Part shown: in pieces, positions 1 through 7,803 of the stretch
How the letters are laid out: each line of letters starts with the position of its first letter
Position numbering within the stretch: position 1 is the first letter of the stretch
DNA from: an uncultured Chloroflexia bacterium
Lineage (GTDB): Bacteria > Chloroflexota > Anaerolineae > Anaerolineales > Anaerolineaceae
NCBI GenBank assembly: GCA_963704755.1
Contig: OY969938.1
Span: forward strand, 4,590,001-4,622,000
Reading direction: 5' to 3'
DNA length: 32,000 nt
The notes under the pieces: model-generated
Database searches by the model: none
The model's input: the letters and a program-made list of their open reading frames with translations, nothing else
Told to the model about the DNA's origin: nothing
Program-made: the position numbers and the translations under genes

Positions 1-1
1 T

Positions 2-490
2 ATGCAGGTAGCCGGGCATATGCTGGTGCTGGGCAAAAAAGTAACCAACGTAGCCGATGGACGTGATATGGCCGAAGAGGCACTCCGCGAAGGCCGTGCC
101 TTACAAAAATTTATGACCCTGGTGGAAATTCAAGGCGGCGACGTTCGCATGGTGGAAGACCCCCAAAAGCTGCCCCAGGCCGGGTACGTCGAAACGGTCT
201 CATCGCCATTGAGCGGTTATATTGCCGGGATCAACGCACGAACGGTCGGTGAGGCTGCGGTGGACCTGGGAGCCGGTCGGGCCAAAAAAGGTGACCCGGT
301 TGACCTGTCGGTCGGCTTTGTTATCCTCCACAAGGTTGGGGATCAGGTGAATGCCGGCGACCCGCTGTTCGTCGTCCACGCCAACGATAAAGATAAAATG
401 GAGCTGGCTCGTGAACGTCTGCTGGCTGCGCACACCTGGAGCGAGACACCCTGCGAACCGCTGCCGCTGTTCTACGGCCTGGTGGAATAG
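2..490 (+). CDS. Pyrimidine-nucleoside/thymidine phosphorylase, C-terminal fragment (5' end outside window)
   Basis: The ORF is open from the window edge. The tail (...SGYIAGINARTVGEAAVDLGAGRAKKGDPVDLSVGFVILHKVGDQVNAGDPLFVVHAN...) fits the PYNP C-terminal domain pattern (LGAGR, GD.V..GDPL) as I remember the family. Confidence 0.85.
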   Translation: MQVAGHMLVLGKKVTNVADGRDMAEEALREGRALQKFMTLVEIQGGDVRMVEDPQKLPQAGYVETVSSPLSGYIAGINARTVGEAAVDLGAGRAKKGDPVDLSVGFVILHKVGDQVNAGDPLFVVHANDKDKMELARERLLAAHTWSETPCEPLPLFYGLVE

Positions 491-502
491 ATTGATATGT
501 AT

Positions 503-547
503 GGTTGAGATTGGTGAGATGGTGTAACTATCTCACCAATCTCAACC
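503..547. repeat. Stand-alone perfect palindrome (18-bp stem, 9-nt loop), 13 nt after the phosphorylase stop
   Basis: ggttgagattggtgagat (503-520) is the exact reverse complement of atctcaccaatctcaacc (530-547). No T-tract follows. It abuts the MITE copy at 548. Confidence 0.8.
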
Positions 548-660
548 GTAATTGCTCAGGCAAGTGCGCAAGGTGATGGAGTTTTTATTATTTTTTGCGC
601 GCCTCGCGCGCAAAAAATAATAAAAACTCCACTAATTTTCGAACTGGCCTGAGTAGTAAC
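548..660. mobile_element. MITE copy (113 bp), older or degenerate, with no target-site duplication
   Basis: The termini are gtaattgctcaggc...gcctgagtagtaac, matching the consensus GTAACTRCTCAGGC. The core is a perfect 25-bp-stem hairpin, ggagtttttattattttttgcgcgc-ctc-gcgcgcaaaaaataataaaaactcc (578-630). It is homologous to 13763-13874 in inverted orientation. Confidence 0.6.
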
Positions 661-691
661 AAAGCAAGAAGTTGAAAAACGCGTACACAGG

Positions 692-720
692 TTGATTTTT
701 GGCTTTAATCGTGGCATAAT
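692..720 (+). promoter_or_regulatory. Sigma-70-type promoter for the ileS leader (-35 TTGATT, 17-nt spacer, extended -10 TGgCATAAT)
   Basis: TTGATT is at 692-697, TG at 712-713 and CATAAT at 715-720. The T-box stem I starts about 15 nt downstream. Confidence 0.5.
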
Positions 721-726
721 CAGCCT

Positions 727-1014
727 TGCTTAATAGCGATGATGGAAAAGAGTAAGCCCTGACAAACTGTCAGCGAACCCGGGGTTGGTGTGAGCCGGGG
801 CGGTTGAATGGGCCGAAAATCCTTCCGGAGCTGCAAACTGAACGTAGCCAGATGCTATCAGTAGGGGAGCCGGATTCGCCGTCCGTTATCCGTGGCGCAG
901 GTATCGACCGGGTACCTGGTTGAGCGCCTGCCGTATGGCAGGAAGCGGGGTGGTACCGCGGGTGTATCGAAATTCGATCCTCGTCCCTGAAATGGGAACG
1001 AGGATTTATTTTAT
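727..1014 (+). promoter_or_regulatory. T-box riboswitch leader (Ile) with intrinsic terminator
   Basis: The stem I base AGCGATGATGGAAAAGAGTA (735-754) carries a GATGA K-turn. Its 3' partner is gaaaATCcTTCCGGAGCT (815-833), placing ATC at 819-821 in the specifier position. An F-box-like CCGTTA is at 883-888. The T-box sequence GGGGTGGTACCGCG is at 947-960. The terminator is atcctcgtccc/gggacgaggat-type (977-987 pairing with 994-1005) followed by ttattttat. The downstream gene is ileS. Confidence 0.85.
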
Positions 1015-1025
1015 CTGGAGGAAGC

Positions 1026-4000
1026 ATGGCGTTTCGAGACGTACCAAATCGGGTCGATTTTCCAGCACAAGAACGAGAGTTGTTGCAATTTTGGAAAGAA
1101 AACAAGTCTTTCGAACAAATGCGTCATAACCATGCGGGCGACCCGCACTGGTCATTTATCGACGGGCCGATCACGGCCAACAACCCAATGGGTGTGCATC
1201 ATGGGTGGGGCCGGACCTATAAAGATTTGATGCAGCGCTTCCGGGCCATGCAAGGCCACGAGCTGCGTTACCAGAACGGCTTTGACTGCCAGGGCCTTTG
1301 GGTGGAGGTCGAGGTCGAGAAGGAAAAAGGTTTCAAATCCAAGAAGGATATTGAAACCTACGGGCTGGAAGAGTTCGTGCGGGAGTGCAAGGCGCGCGTT
1401 TTACGTTACGCTGCCATCCAAACCGCCCAGTCGATCCGCCTGGGTTATTGGATGGACTGGAACGATCCCGAACTGCTGCGCTGGCTGGCCGATAAACTGC
1501 TGGAGGATTCTCAGCAGGTTATTTCGCTGGAAGGCCCACGCGGTACGGTGACCGGAACGGTCGAGCAGGTGGTCGGCCGGCTGGGACTGCCCGAGATGGG
1601 CGGCAGTTATTTCACCTTTTCAACCGAAAACAACTACATGATCTGGGCGTTCTTGAAGAAATGCTGGGAAAAGGGCTGGGTCTATCAGGGCGTGGACGTG
1701 ATGCCCTGGTGCCCGCGCTGTGCGACCGGAATCAGCCAGCATGAGATCGTCACGGATGGCTATGCCGAGCTGACCCACAAGAGCGTTACTGTGCGCTTCC
1801 CGCTGCGCCAGGCGAATGGCCAGCCGCGCCACGACTTTGAGAGCGGCCTGCCCAAATCACTGCTGGTGTGGACTACTACCCCCTGGACGCTTTCCAGCAA
1901 CGTGGCCGCGGCGGTGGGACCGGAACTGGATTACGCCAAAGTGCGCCAGGGTGACGAAATTCTCTACCTGGCCAAAGGCACCCTGAGCATGCTGAAGGGT
2001 GAATACCAGTTGGTCGGCGAACTGAAGGGAAAGGACCTGGTCGGCTGGACCTACGATGGCCCGTTCGACGAGCTGCCGGCCGAGCAACAGCCCGGCGGGT
2101 TTACCTACCTGAAGGAGCTCAAGAGCAAGGTCACCCTCAGCGCAGCCCAGGCTCACCGGGTAATTCCCTGGAATGAAGTCGGCGAGACCGAAGGAACAGG
2201 GATCGTCCATATCGCTCCAGGTTGTGGCGCCGAGGACTTCCAACTGGGCAAAGAATTTGGCCTGCCGCTGGTTGCACCGCTGGATGAAGAAGGTCATTTT
2301 GTGCGCGACGGTTTCGACTGGTTGGGCGGCAAGTACGTTTCGGATGTGCCGGATCTGATCTTCGAAAATCTGAAAGAGAAGGGCCGTCTGTACCGGGTGG
2401 CGGCTTATACCCACCGTTACCCCACCTGCTGGCGTTGCGGCACCGAGCTGGTGTTCCGATTGGTGGATGAATGGTACATCAATATGGGCGAGGTGTACGA
2501 TAAGCCCCGTGAAGCGGTGACTGCCGAGGAAAAGGCTGCCAGCCTGCGTTACCAGATCATGGACGTGGTGGACCGGATCGAATGGATCCCCGATTTTGGC
2601 CATGCCCGCGAGATGGACTGGCTGCACAATATGCACGATTGGATGATCTCGAAGAAGCGATACTGGGGCCTGGCTTTACCCATCTGGACCTGCCAGGACT
2701 GCGGCTATTTCGAGGTAATCGGAAGCGAACACGAACTGGAAGAGCGCGCTGAGGAAGGCTGGGATGTATTCAACGGCCATACGCCTCACCGCCCATACGT
2801 GGACGCAGTCAAAATCAAGTGCCCGCATTGCGGCCAACAGATGAGCCGCATTACCGATGTGGGCAATCCCTGGCTGGACGCGGGTATCGTGCCTTTCAGC
2901 ACGCTGGGTTACCGCCAGGAGCCGGATTTCTGGCATAAATGGTATCCGGCCCAATGGATCACCAAATCGTTCCCAGGCCAGTTCCGCAACTGGTTCTACA
3001 GCTTATTGGCCATGGCCACGGTACTGGATCAAAGCCCACCGTTCCTGCGTAACTTTGGCTACGGCACTTTAGTCGCCGAAGACGGGCGGCCGATGCACAA
3101 GAGCTGGGGCAATGCCATCGAGTTCAACGAAGCGGCCGACAAAATGGGCGTGGACGTCATGCGCTGGCTGTATGCCAGCCAGAAACCGGAAGCCGACATG
3201 CTTTTCGGCTACAACCGCGGCGATGAAGCCCGCCGGCAGTTCCTCATTCCCTTATGGAATGCGTATAGCTTTTTTGTGACATATGCCAACCTGGATGGTT
3301 GGAGCCCGTCAGGCGTTTTTGACCCGGATTACCCGGAAGGCCCAACGCCCCAGGCAGATAATCTCCTGGACTGCTGGGTACTGGCCCGCCTGAACCAACT
3401 GGTCGAGCGTGTCACAGCCAGCATGGAAAAGTCCGACTTCATGGCTGCCACAGCCGGGGTAGGGGTGTTCCTGGACGACCTGACCAACTGGTACGTGCGC
3501 CGCTCCCGGCGCCGCTTCTGGAAAAACGAGCACGACAATGACAAAAATAACGCCTATACCACCCTGTATCATGTGCTGGTCAAGCTGGGCCGCTTGTTGG
3601 CGCCATTTACGCCATTTGTGACCGAAGCGATGTACCAGAACCTGGTGGTCGGCGTTTACCCGCAGGAAGCCCACCAAAGCGTTCACCATACCCTCTGGCC
3701 CAAGGTTAATTCAACGGCCATCGACACGAAGATGCTCGACCAGATGGCCCTGGCACGCCAGGTGGCCAGCCTGGGCCTGGCTGCCCGCAGTGGATCGAAC
3801 CTGAAGGTACGCCAGCCGTTGGCCAAAGCGATGGCCTTCGCCGGCGGCGGCAAGAGCCTGACCCCCGAGCTGGTGGATATCGTCACCGACGAATTGAACG
3901 TCAAGGCCTTTGAGTTTGTCGAAGAAGCCGGCAAACTGGTCAATTATCGCATTCTGCCGGATAACAAACTGCTCGGGCCGAAATACGGCTCGCTCTTCCC

Positions 4001-4496
4001 CAAGATTCGGGCGGCGCTGCTCGAACTGGACCCGGCCCAGGTGGTCGCGAAAGTCCAGGCCAATGCGCCGGTCGAAGTGGAAGCCGGCGGGCAGAAAGTT
4101 GCGCTCGAAGCCAACGAAGTATTAGTGTATACCGTGCCGGTCGAAGGACTGGCGGTGTCCACCGACAATGGTATCAGCGTGGCCGTGGATGAGACACTTA
4201 CCCCTGAGTTGAAGGCCGAGGGAATGGCCCGCGAAGTGGTCCGGCGGGTCCAGGACCTGCGCAAGCAGTCCGGCCTGGATATTTCGGACCGTATCCGCCT
4301 CTACTATACCGCCAGCGCTACCCTGCAGCAGGCGGTGGAATCCTTCAGCGATTATATCCGTGGCGAAACCCTGGCGATCGAGTTGAGCAACCAGCAGCCC
4401 CAGGACGGTGCGGCGGTGTCGAGCGATAGCTTTGATGGCGAGGAGTTGACGATCGGTGTTTTGAAGGCAGCCAGCGATCCTAGCCAATCCGAATAA
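1026..4496 (+). CDS. ileS: Isoleucine--tRNA ligase (long form, 1156 aa)
   Basis: 1156-aa ORF. GGAGGA lies 4 nt upstream of the ATG. It has a class-I aaRS HIGH-region variant (NPMGVHHGWGRTYKD), a KMSKS-region variant (PMHKSWGNAI), Zn-finger-like CWRCG/CPHCG motifs and an editing-domain-sized insertion. The Ile-type T-box upstream agrees with the call. Confidence 0.95.
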   Translation: MAFRDVPNRVDFPAQERELLQFWKENKSFEQMRHNHAGDPHWSFIDGPITANNPMGVHHGWGRTYKDLMQRFRAMQGHELRYQNGFDCQGLWVEVEVEKEKGFKSKKDIETYGLEEFVRECKARVLRYAAIQTAQSIRLGYWMDWNDPELLRWLADKLLEDSQQVISLEGPRGTVTGTVEQVVGRLGLPEMGGSYFTFSTENNYMIWAFLKKCWEKGWVYQGVDVMPWCPRCATGISQHEIVTDGYAELTHKSVTVRFPLRQANGQPRHDFESGLPKSLLVWTTTPWTLSSNVAAAVGPELDYAKVRQGDEILYLAKGTLSMLKGEYQLVGELKGKDLVGWTYDGPFDELPAEQQPGGFTYLKELKSKVTLSAAQAHRVIPWNEVGETEGTGIVHIAPGCGAEDFQLGKEFGLPLVAPLDEEGHFVRDGFDWLGGKYVSDVPDLIFENLKEKGRLYRVAAYTHRYPTCWRCGTELVFRLVDEWYINMGEVYDKPREAVTAEEKAASLRYQIMDVVDRIEWIPDFGHAREMDWLHNMHDWMISKKRYWGLALPIWTCQDCGYFEVIGSEHELEERAEEGWDVFNGHTPHRPYVDAVKIKCPHCGQQMSRITDVGNPWLDAGIVPFSTLGYRQEPDFWHKWYPAQWITKSFPGQFRNWFYSLLAMATVLDQSPPFLRNFGYGTLVAEDGRPMHKSWGNAIEFNEAADKMGVDVMRWLYASQKPEADMLFGYNRGDEARRQFLIPLWNAYSFFVTYANLDGWSPSGVFDPDYPEGPTPQADNLLDCWVLARLNQLVERVTASMEKSDFMAATAGVGVFLDDLTNWYVRRSRRRFWKNEHDNDKNNAYTTLYHVLVKLGRLLAPFTPFVTEAMYQNLVVGVYPQEAHQSVHHTLWPKVNSTAIDTKMLDQMALARQVASLGLAARSGSNLKVRQPLAKAMAFAGGGKSLTPELVDIVTDELNVKAFEFVEEAGKLVNYRILPDNKLLGPKYGSLFPKIRAALLELDPAQVVAKVQANAPVEVEAGGQKVALEANEVLVYTVPVEGLAVSTDNGISVAVDETLTPELKAEGMAREVVRRVQDLRKQSGLDISDRIRLYYTASATLQQAVESFSDYIRGETLAIELSNQQPQDGAAVSSDSFDGEELTIGVLKAASDPSQSE

Positions 4497-4515
4497 TTCG
4501 TGGTATAAAAAAAAT

Positions 4516-4690
4516 ACCCTGCTGTGTTCGTGATGTAGCACGTCCGGTTTTGAGCCAACACCCCTTAAATGGGATCCAAATAATCAGAGTGACGCGATAG
4601 GCTGCGGCCAAGGCGGATCTCGAAGAGAGGATCCCTACCTGCTTTTGCAGGTTCAAAACTAAGCTACACACGGCATGGCGGGGGATTTTA
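4516..4690 (+). ncRNA. Candidate structured sRNA of ~175 nt with 6S-RNA-like architecture
   Basis: The promoter has a -35-like TAGCCA (4481-4486) and an extended -10 TGgTATAAA (4501-4509). A long closing helix pairs 4517-4539 with 4663-4684, with G-U pairs and two bulges. A second helix pairs gttttga (4547-4553) with tcaaaac (4653-4659). Inside are a 17-nt unpaired 5' segment (4554-4570), an apical helix anchored by gggatcc (4571-4577) and ggatccc (4629-4635), and a 3'-side hairpin acctgc-tttt-gcaggt (4637-4652). A U-rich tail attttattt follows. Confidence 0.35.
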
Positions 4691-4695
4691 TTTAA

Positions 4696-4971
4696 GGAAG
4701 TAGAGAATAGAGAGTAGAGAGTAGTCGATCAGGCAACGAGGCGATGAGGCAATGAGGGGATAAGGCGACAAGGAAATGGGGAAATGGTGAAAGAAAGAAT
4801 GATGGGTAGCGAAAAATGGCTGCAAGCACATTTTGACAGCAAAGCTCCCCTTCCCCCGCTCTGGGGGAAGGTGCCGGGGATGAGGAAAATCATTCACAAC
4901 TCACAAAACGACTAATCCCTGATTACTCATCAACTAATCAACTAATATCCATTCTCTAATCTCTCTTTTCC
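4696..4971 (+). repeat. Purine-arm/pyrimidine-arm imperfect inverted-repeat element, copy A (~275 bp)
   Basis: The left arm is purine-rich (ggaagtagagaatagagagtagagagtagtcgatcagg...ataaggcgacaagg) and the right arm pyrimidine-rich (...ccctgattactcatcaactaatc...attctctaatctctcttttcc). tagagaat (4701-4708) is complementary to attctcta (4951-4958). A central GC hairpin is ccttccccc-gctc-tgggggaagg. It shares gagagtagagaRtagtYgatca, ataaggcga and ctctaatYtct with copy B (30843-31057). Confidence 0.7.
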
Positions 4972-4994
4972 CCCCGCCCCTTTTCTCGTTATAA

Positions 4995-5011
4995 TTAATC
5001 GCGGCGATTAA
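4995..5011. promoter_or_regulatory. 17-bp perfect palindrome, possible operator just upstream of the FHA-gene -35 box
   Basis: ttaatcgc-g-gcgattaa lies 7 nt upstream of TTGACA (5019-5024). Confidence 0.3.
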
Positions 5012-5018
5012 CATTTTA

Positions 5019-5047
5019 TTGACAGTCATTATCAATCTCGCTAAACT
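5019..5047 (+). promoter_or_regulatory. Sigma-70-type promoter (TTGACA, 17 nt, TAAACT) for the FHA gene
   Basis: TTGACA is at 5019-5024 and TAAACT at 5042-5047. An AGGAG RBS precedes the ATG at 5077. Confidence 0.5.
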
Positions 5048-5076
5048 ATGCTTATCATGATCTCCAGGAGAAACCC

Positions 5077-5748
5077 ATGAGCACTACGTACCGTCTTGTA
5101 CTTAAATCTGGAGCAAATGCGGGCCAGATTTTCCCATTGGACGGCCCTGAATTGACGATCGGCCGCGAACCGGCCTGCGACATCGTCATCAACGACCCGG
5201 AAGTATCCAGGCGACACGTACGCCTTTACCTGCAAGGACAAAATTACGTCATCGAAGATTACGGCTCGACCAACGGTACAGCCGTCAACGGGCAAAAGCT
5301 GCGCGGTCCCTACATTCTCCGCCCAGGTGAGATGATCACCCTGGGTGAGAATACTCACCTCTTGTTTGATGAATTGTTCTTTGATCCCGACGCCACCCAG
5401 GTATCTGCCCGCCAGTCAGTACCGGGCCAGGTTCCGCAAAATATGCGGCCGCCGGTGACACCTATGCAGGGCTATTCCGGCGTACAGCCGGAGCCGCCCA
5501 TGCAGTCAATGGGTGGAATGTACGATCCTTCCCAGGCGGAGGTCAACTACGCCGGCCAGGTGCCGGAACAGCCCAAATCCGCAAAACCCAGGCGCAAGAT
5601 CCCAGTATTTGTCATCATCTTGATCGTGCTGGTCATAGTGGGTTTGTGCGGCTGCCTGGTCATTTTCTGGTTCATCGATGCCAACAATATGTATTGCAGC
5701 GCCATCCCGGGTATTACCAACCTGGTATTCCCGAATGCCTGCCCGTAG
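5077..5748 (+). CDS. FHA-domain protein with a Pro/Gln-rich linker and a C-terminal transmembrane anchor
   Basis: The FHA core is TIGREPACDIVINDPEVSRRHVRLYLQGQNYVIEDYGSTNGTAVNG. A hydrophobic segment IPVFVIILIVLVIVGLCGCLVIFWFI lies near the C-terminus. An RBS (caggag) is present. Confidence 0.9.
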   Translation: MSTTYRLVLKSGANAGQIFPLDGPELTIGREPACDIVINDPEVSRRHVRLYLQGQNYVIEDYGSTNGTAVNGQKLRGPYILRPGEMITLGENTHLLFDELFFDPDATQVSARQSVPGQVPQNMRPPVTPMQGYSGVQPEPPMQSMGGMYDPSQAEVNYAGQVPEQPKSAKPRRKIPVFVIILIVLVIVGLCGCLVIFWFIDANNMYCSAIPGITNLVFPNACP

Positions 5749-5791
5749 GTAGCCAAAGCGTTCTTCTTGGCCGCCGCTTTTCCGGCCTTAT

Positions 5792-5825
5792 GGTTGCCTC
5801 AAGATCTTTATGAGGCAACCTTTTT
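5792..5825 (+). terminator. Intrinsic terminator after the FHA gene
   Basis: ggttgcctca (5792-5801) pairs with tgaggcaacc (5811-5820) and is followed by ttttt. Confidence 0.75.
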
Positions 5826-5930
5826 GTTCTAAATTCGTACTTTTATTAACCAGACAGGCTGTAAACTTGTACCTGAGCTGTTTGGGAGAGTTAAGCTGCG
5901 CTTATACCTCAAATCCGTTAGATTTTTGGT

Positions 5931-7379
5931 GTGAGCCTGTCGAAAACGCTAAATTTATTAATGACCTGGGGCGCAAAGGTGAATTATGGTAATATCAAAG
6001 CAATCAGGCAGGCGCAATGGACTCGATTTAATCACTCGAACAAGGACATCGAATCGCGCGTGAACCGGTCACCGCAGTGGAGCAGCACCACCAAACTGGT
6101 AGTTGCGCTGACCATGGTCGCGATTATGGCCGGACTGTTGATCCGTTTTCGACAGTTTGTAGGGCCATTATTGATTTCCTTTGTTCTGGCGTACATTTTG
6201 TATCCCATCGGTGTGTTCATGCACAAGCGCATGCACATTTCCTGGCGCCTGTCTTCGCTGATCCTGTTCCTGCTCTTGTTGATCATTCTGGGTGGAGTGC
6301 TGACTTTAAGCGGCCTGGCGATCGTCGATCAGGTCCAAAACTTGATCAACTTTTTGCAATTGCAAATCAAAAATCTGCCGGAAATCATCACTAACCTGAC
6401 CGCCAAGCCGATCGACCTGGGCTTCTACCAGATCGACCTGGCTCATTATGACCTGACCAGCGTGGTAAACCAACTGCTGGGTATGGTGCAGCCCTTCTTG
6501 ACCAATACCGCGAATTTGCTCACCAAGATCGCGACCACAACCGCGACCACGGTTGCCTGGCTGTTTTTCATCATCCTGATCGCGTATTTCATCCTGGCCG
6601 AATCGGGTGGTGCGCGAACCGGCTTGCTGAATTTTTCCTTCCCGGGTTACCAGGATGATTTTCTACGCCTGGGCCGGGAGTTATCCCGGATTTGGGATGC
6701 ATTTTTACGCGGCCAGATCATCATCTTCTTGATCACGGTAACGGTGTACACACCACTTTTAGGCGGCTTTGGGGTCAAATATTATTATGGTATTGCCATT
6801 TTGGCCGGCCTGGCCCGCTTTGTGCCGTATGTAGGGCCGTGGGTCACCTGGATCACAGCGGCCATTGTGATGTTGTTCCAGGGGACAACGATTTTCGGCC
6901 TGTCACCCCTGGGTTACGTCATTATGGTGATTTTGACCGGGGTCGTGATCGACTTTTTGATGGATAATTTTATTGTGCCCTTGTTGATGAGCGGCGCCTT
7001 GAATATCCATCCGGCTGCCGTAATGATCGCCGCGCTCGTCTCGGCCAGCCTATTCGGGCTGGTAGGTGTCTTGTTGGCCGCCCCGGTTTTGGCAACGCTT
7101 AAATTGTTCAGCAATTATGTCATCAAGAAATTAACGGATCAGGATCCGTGGGAGTCACTGGAAACGCTCAGTGAACGTGGACCGACCCAGTTAGCCAAGA
7201 ACATCACCGAGTTTTGGAAACGCGTGATTGTTTTTGGAAACGAGCACCTTTTTTCGAAATTGTCACCCAACAATATTCTACTTAAAGGTTTGAAAGGCCT
7301 AAACCGGTGGATCAAACATAGTAGAAAAGTACCTGAAATGAACAAATCAGGCAATATCACCAAATCACCGGACGAATGA
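5931..7379 (+). CDS. AI-2E family (PerM/UPF0118-like) transporter; start codon uncertain
   Basis: It is a multi-TM protein with the family-typical ...LARFVPYVGPWVTWI... segment. GTG 5931 is the longest ORF. ATG 5961 or GTG 6060 are alternatives, the latter lying downstream of a TGgTAATAT box at 5987-5995. Confidence 0.85.
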   Translation: MSLSKTLNLLMTWGAKVNYGNIKAIRQAQWTRFNHSNKDIESRVNRSPQWSSTTKLVVALTMVAIMAGLLIRFRQFVGPLLISFVLAYILYPIGVFMHKRMHISWRLSSLILFLLLLIILGGVLTLSGLAIVDQVQNLINFLQLQIKNLPEIITNLTAKPIDLGFYQIDLAHYDLTSVVNQLLGMVQPFLTNTANLLTKIATTTATTVAWLFFIILIAYFILAESGGARTGLLNFSFPGYQDDFLRLGRELSRIWDAFLRGQIIIFLITVTVYTPLLGGFGVKYYYGIAILAGLARFVPYVGPWVTWITAAIVMLFQGTTIFGLSPLGYVIMVILTGVVIDFLMDNFIVPLLMSGALNIHPAAVMIAALVSASLFGLVGVLLAAPVLATLKLFSNYVIKKLTDQDPWESLETLSERGPTQLAKNITEFWKRVIVFGNEHLFSKLSPNNILLKGLKGLNRWIKHSRKVPEMNKSGNITKSPDE

Positions 7380-7410
7380 GCCAATCCTTTTTATTTTAAC
7401 GGAGTCTAGT

Positions 7411-7608
7411 ATGAATAATCCCATGGAACCTAAAACGGAAACGATTGCAGAAACGGAAAGCTATATGGCCTGGCAGGCCAGCGAACCAGACGGAGAAACC
7501 ACTTACCATCTGGAATTGAACAATATTACCATTCACTTTTTTACCGAAGAATGGGACGAGTTTTTGGAATTAGCTCGCTCGATTGTCAAGGATGCAGACG
7601 GGAAATAA
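7411..7608 (+). CDS. Small acidic hypothetical protein (65 aa)
   Basis: The ORF has GGAG 10 nt upstream of the ATG and starts 32 nt after the transporter stop. I recognise no family. Confidence 0.45.
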   Translation: MNNPMEPKTETIAETESYMAWQASEPDGETTYHLELNNITIHFFTEEWDEFLELARSIVKDADGK

Positions 7609-7803
7609 AGCGTTTTTCACCTAACCTGCGGATATCTATTTGCCTTCACCGACGAAGTCGGTTTCGATGCGCCTGGGCAGTGATCAACAGGGAATATTTG
7701 CAGGCCTGGTAACGCCAGCCTTCAAATATTCTTTTCTGCAATGGAGACCTGTAATTTTTTGCACCCTCTGTAAGAATAGCTGAATGCGGTAGAATTGTTG
7801 CAT

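Noticed and set aside
854-856. Alternative Ile specifier ATC-A at 854-857 in the T-box leader
   Set aside because: It has the expected purine after the codon, but it lies downstream of the stem I closing helix defined by the K-turn pairing, in the stem II region. ATC at 819-821 fits the architecture better.
1857-2636. 259-aa minus-strand ORF inside ileS, along with similar antisense ORFs at 11177-11833, 12772-13314, 20780-21235, 21870-22361, 22497-23021, 25397-26140, 27850-28305 and 29512-30174
   Set aside because: All lie wholly within strongly supported housekeeping genes on the opposite strand. They show no family motifs and are the expected shadow ORFs.
4688-4897. 69-aa ORF in repeat A and a 92-aa ORF (30715-30993) in repeat B with similar peptide strings (LSPY..., I.YSLLS.L.Y)
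   Set aside because: The similarity reflects the shared nucleotide repeat. There is no RBS, the composition is low-complexity, and one of the two overlaps the end of a real gene.
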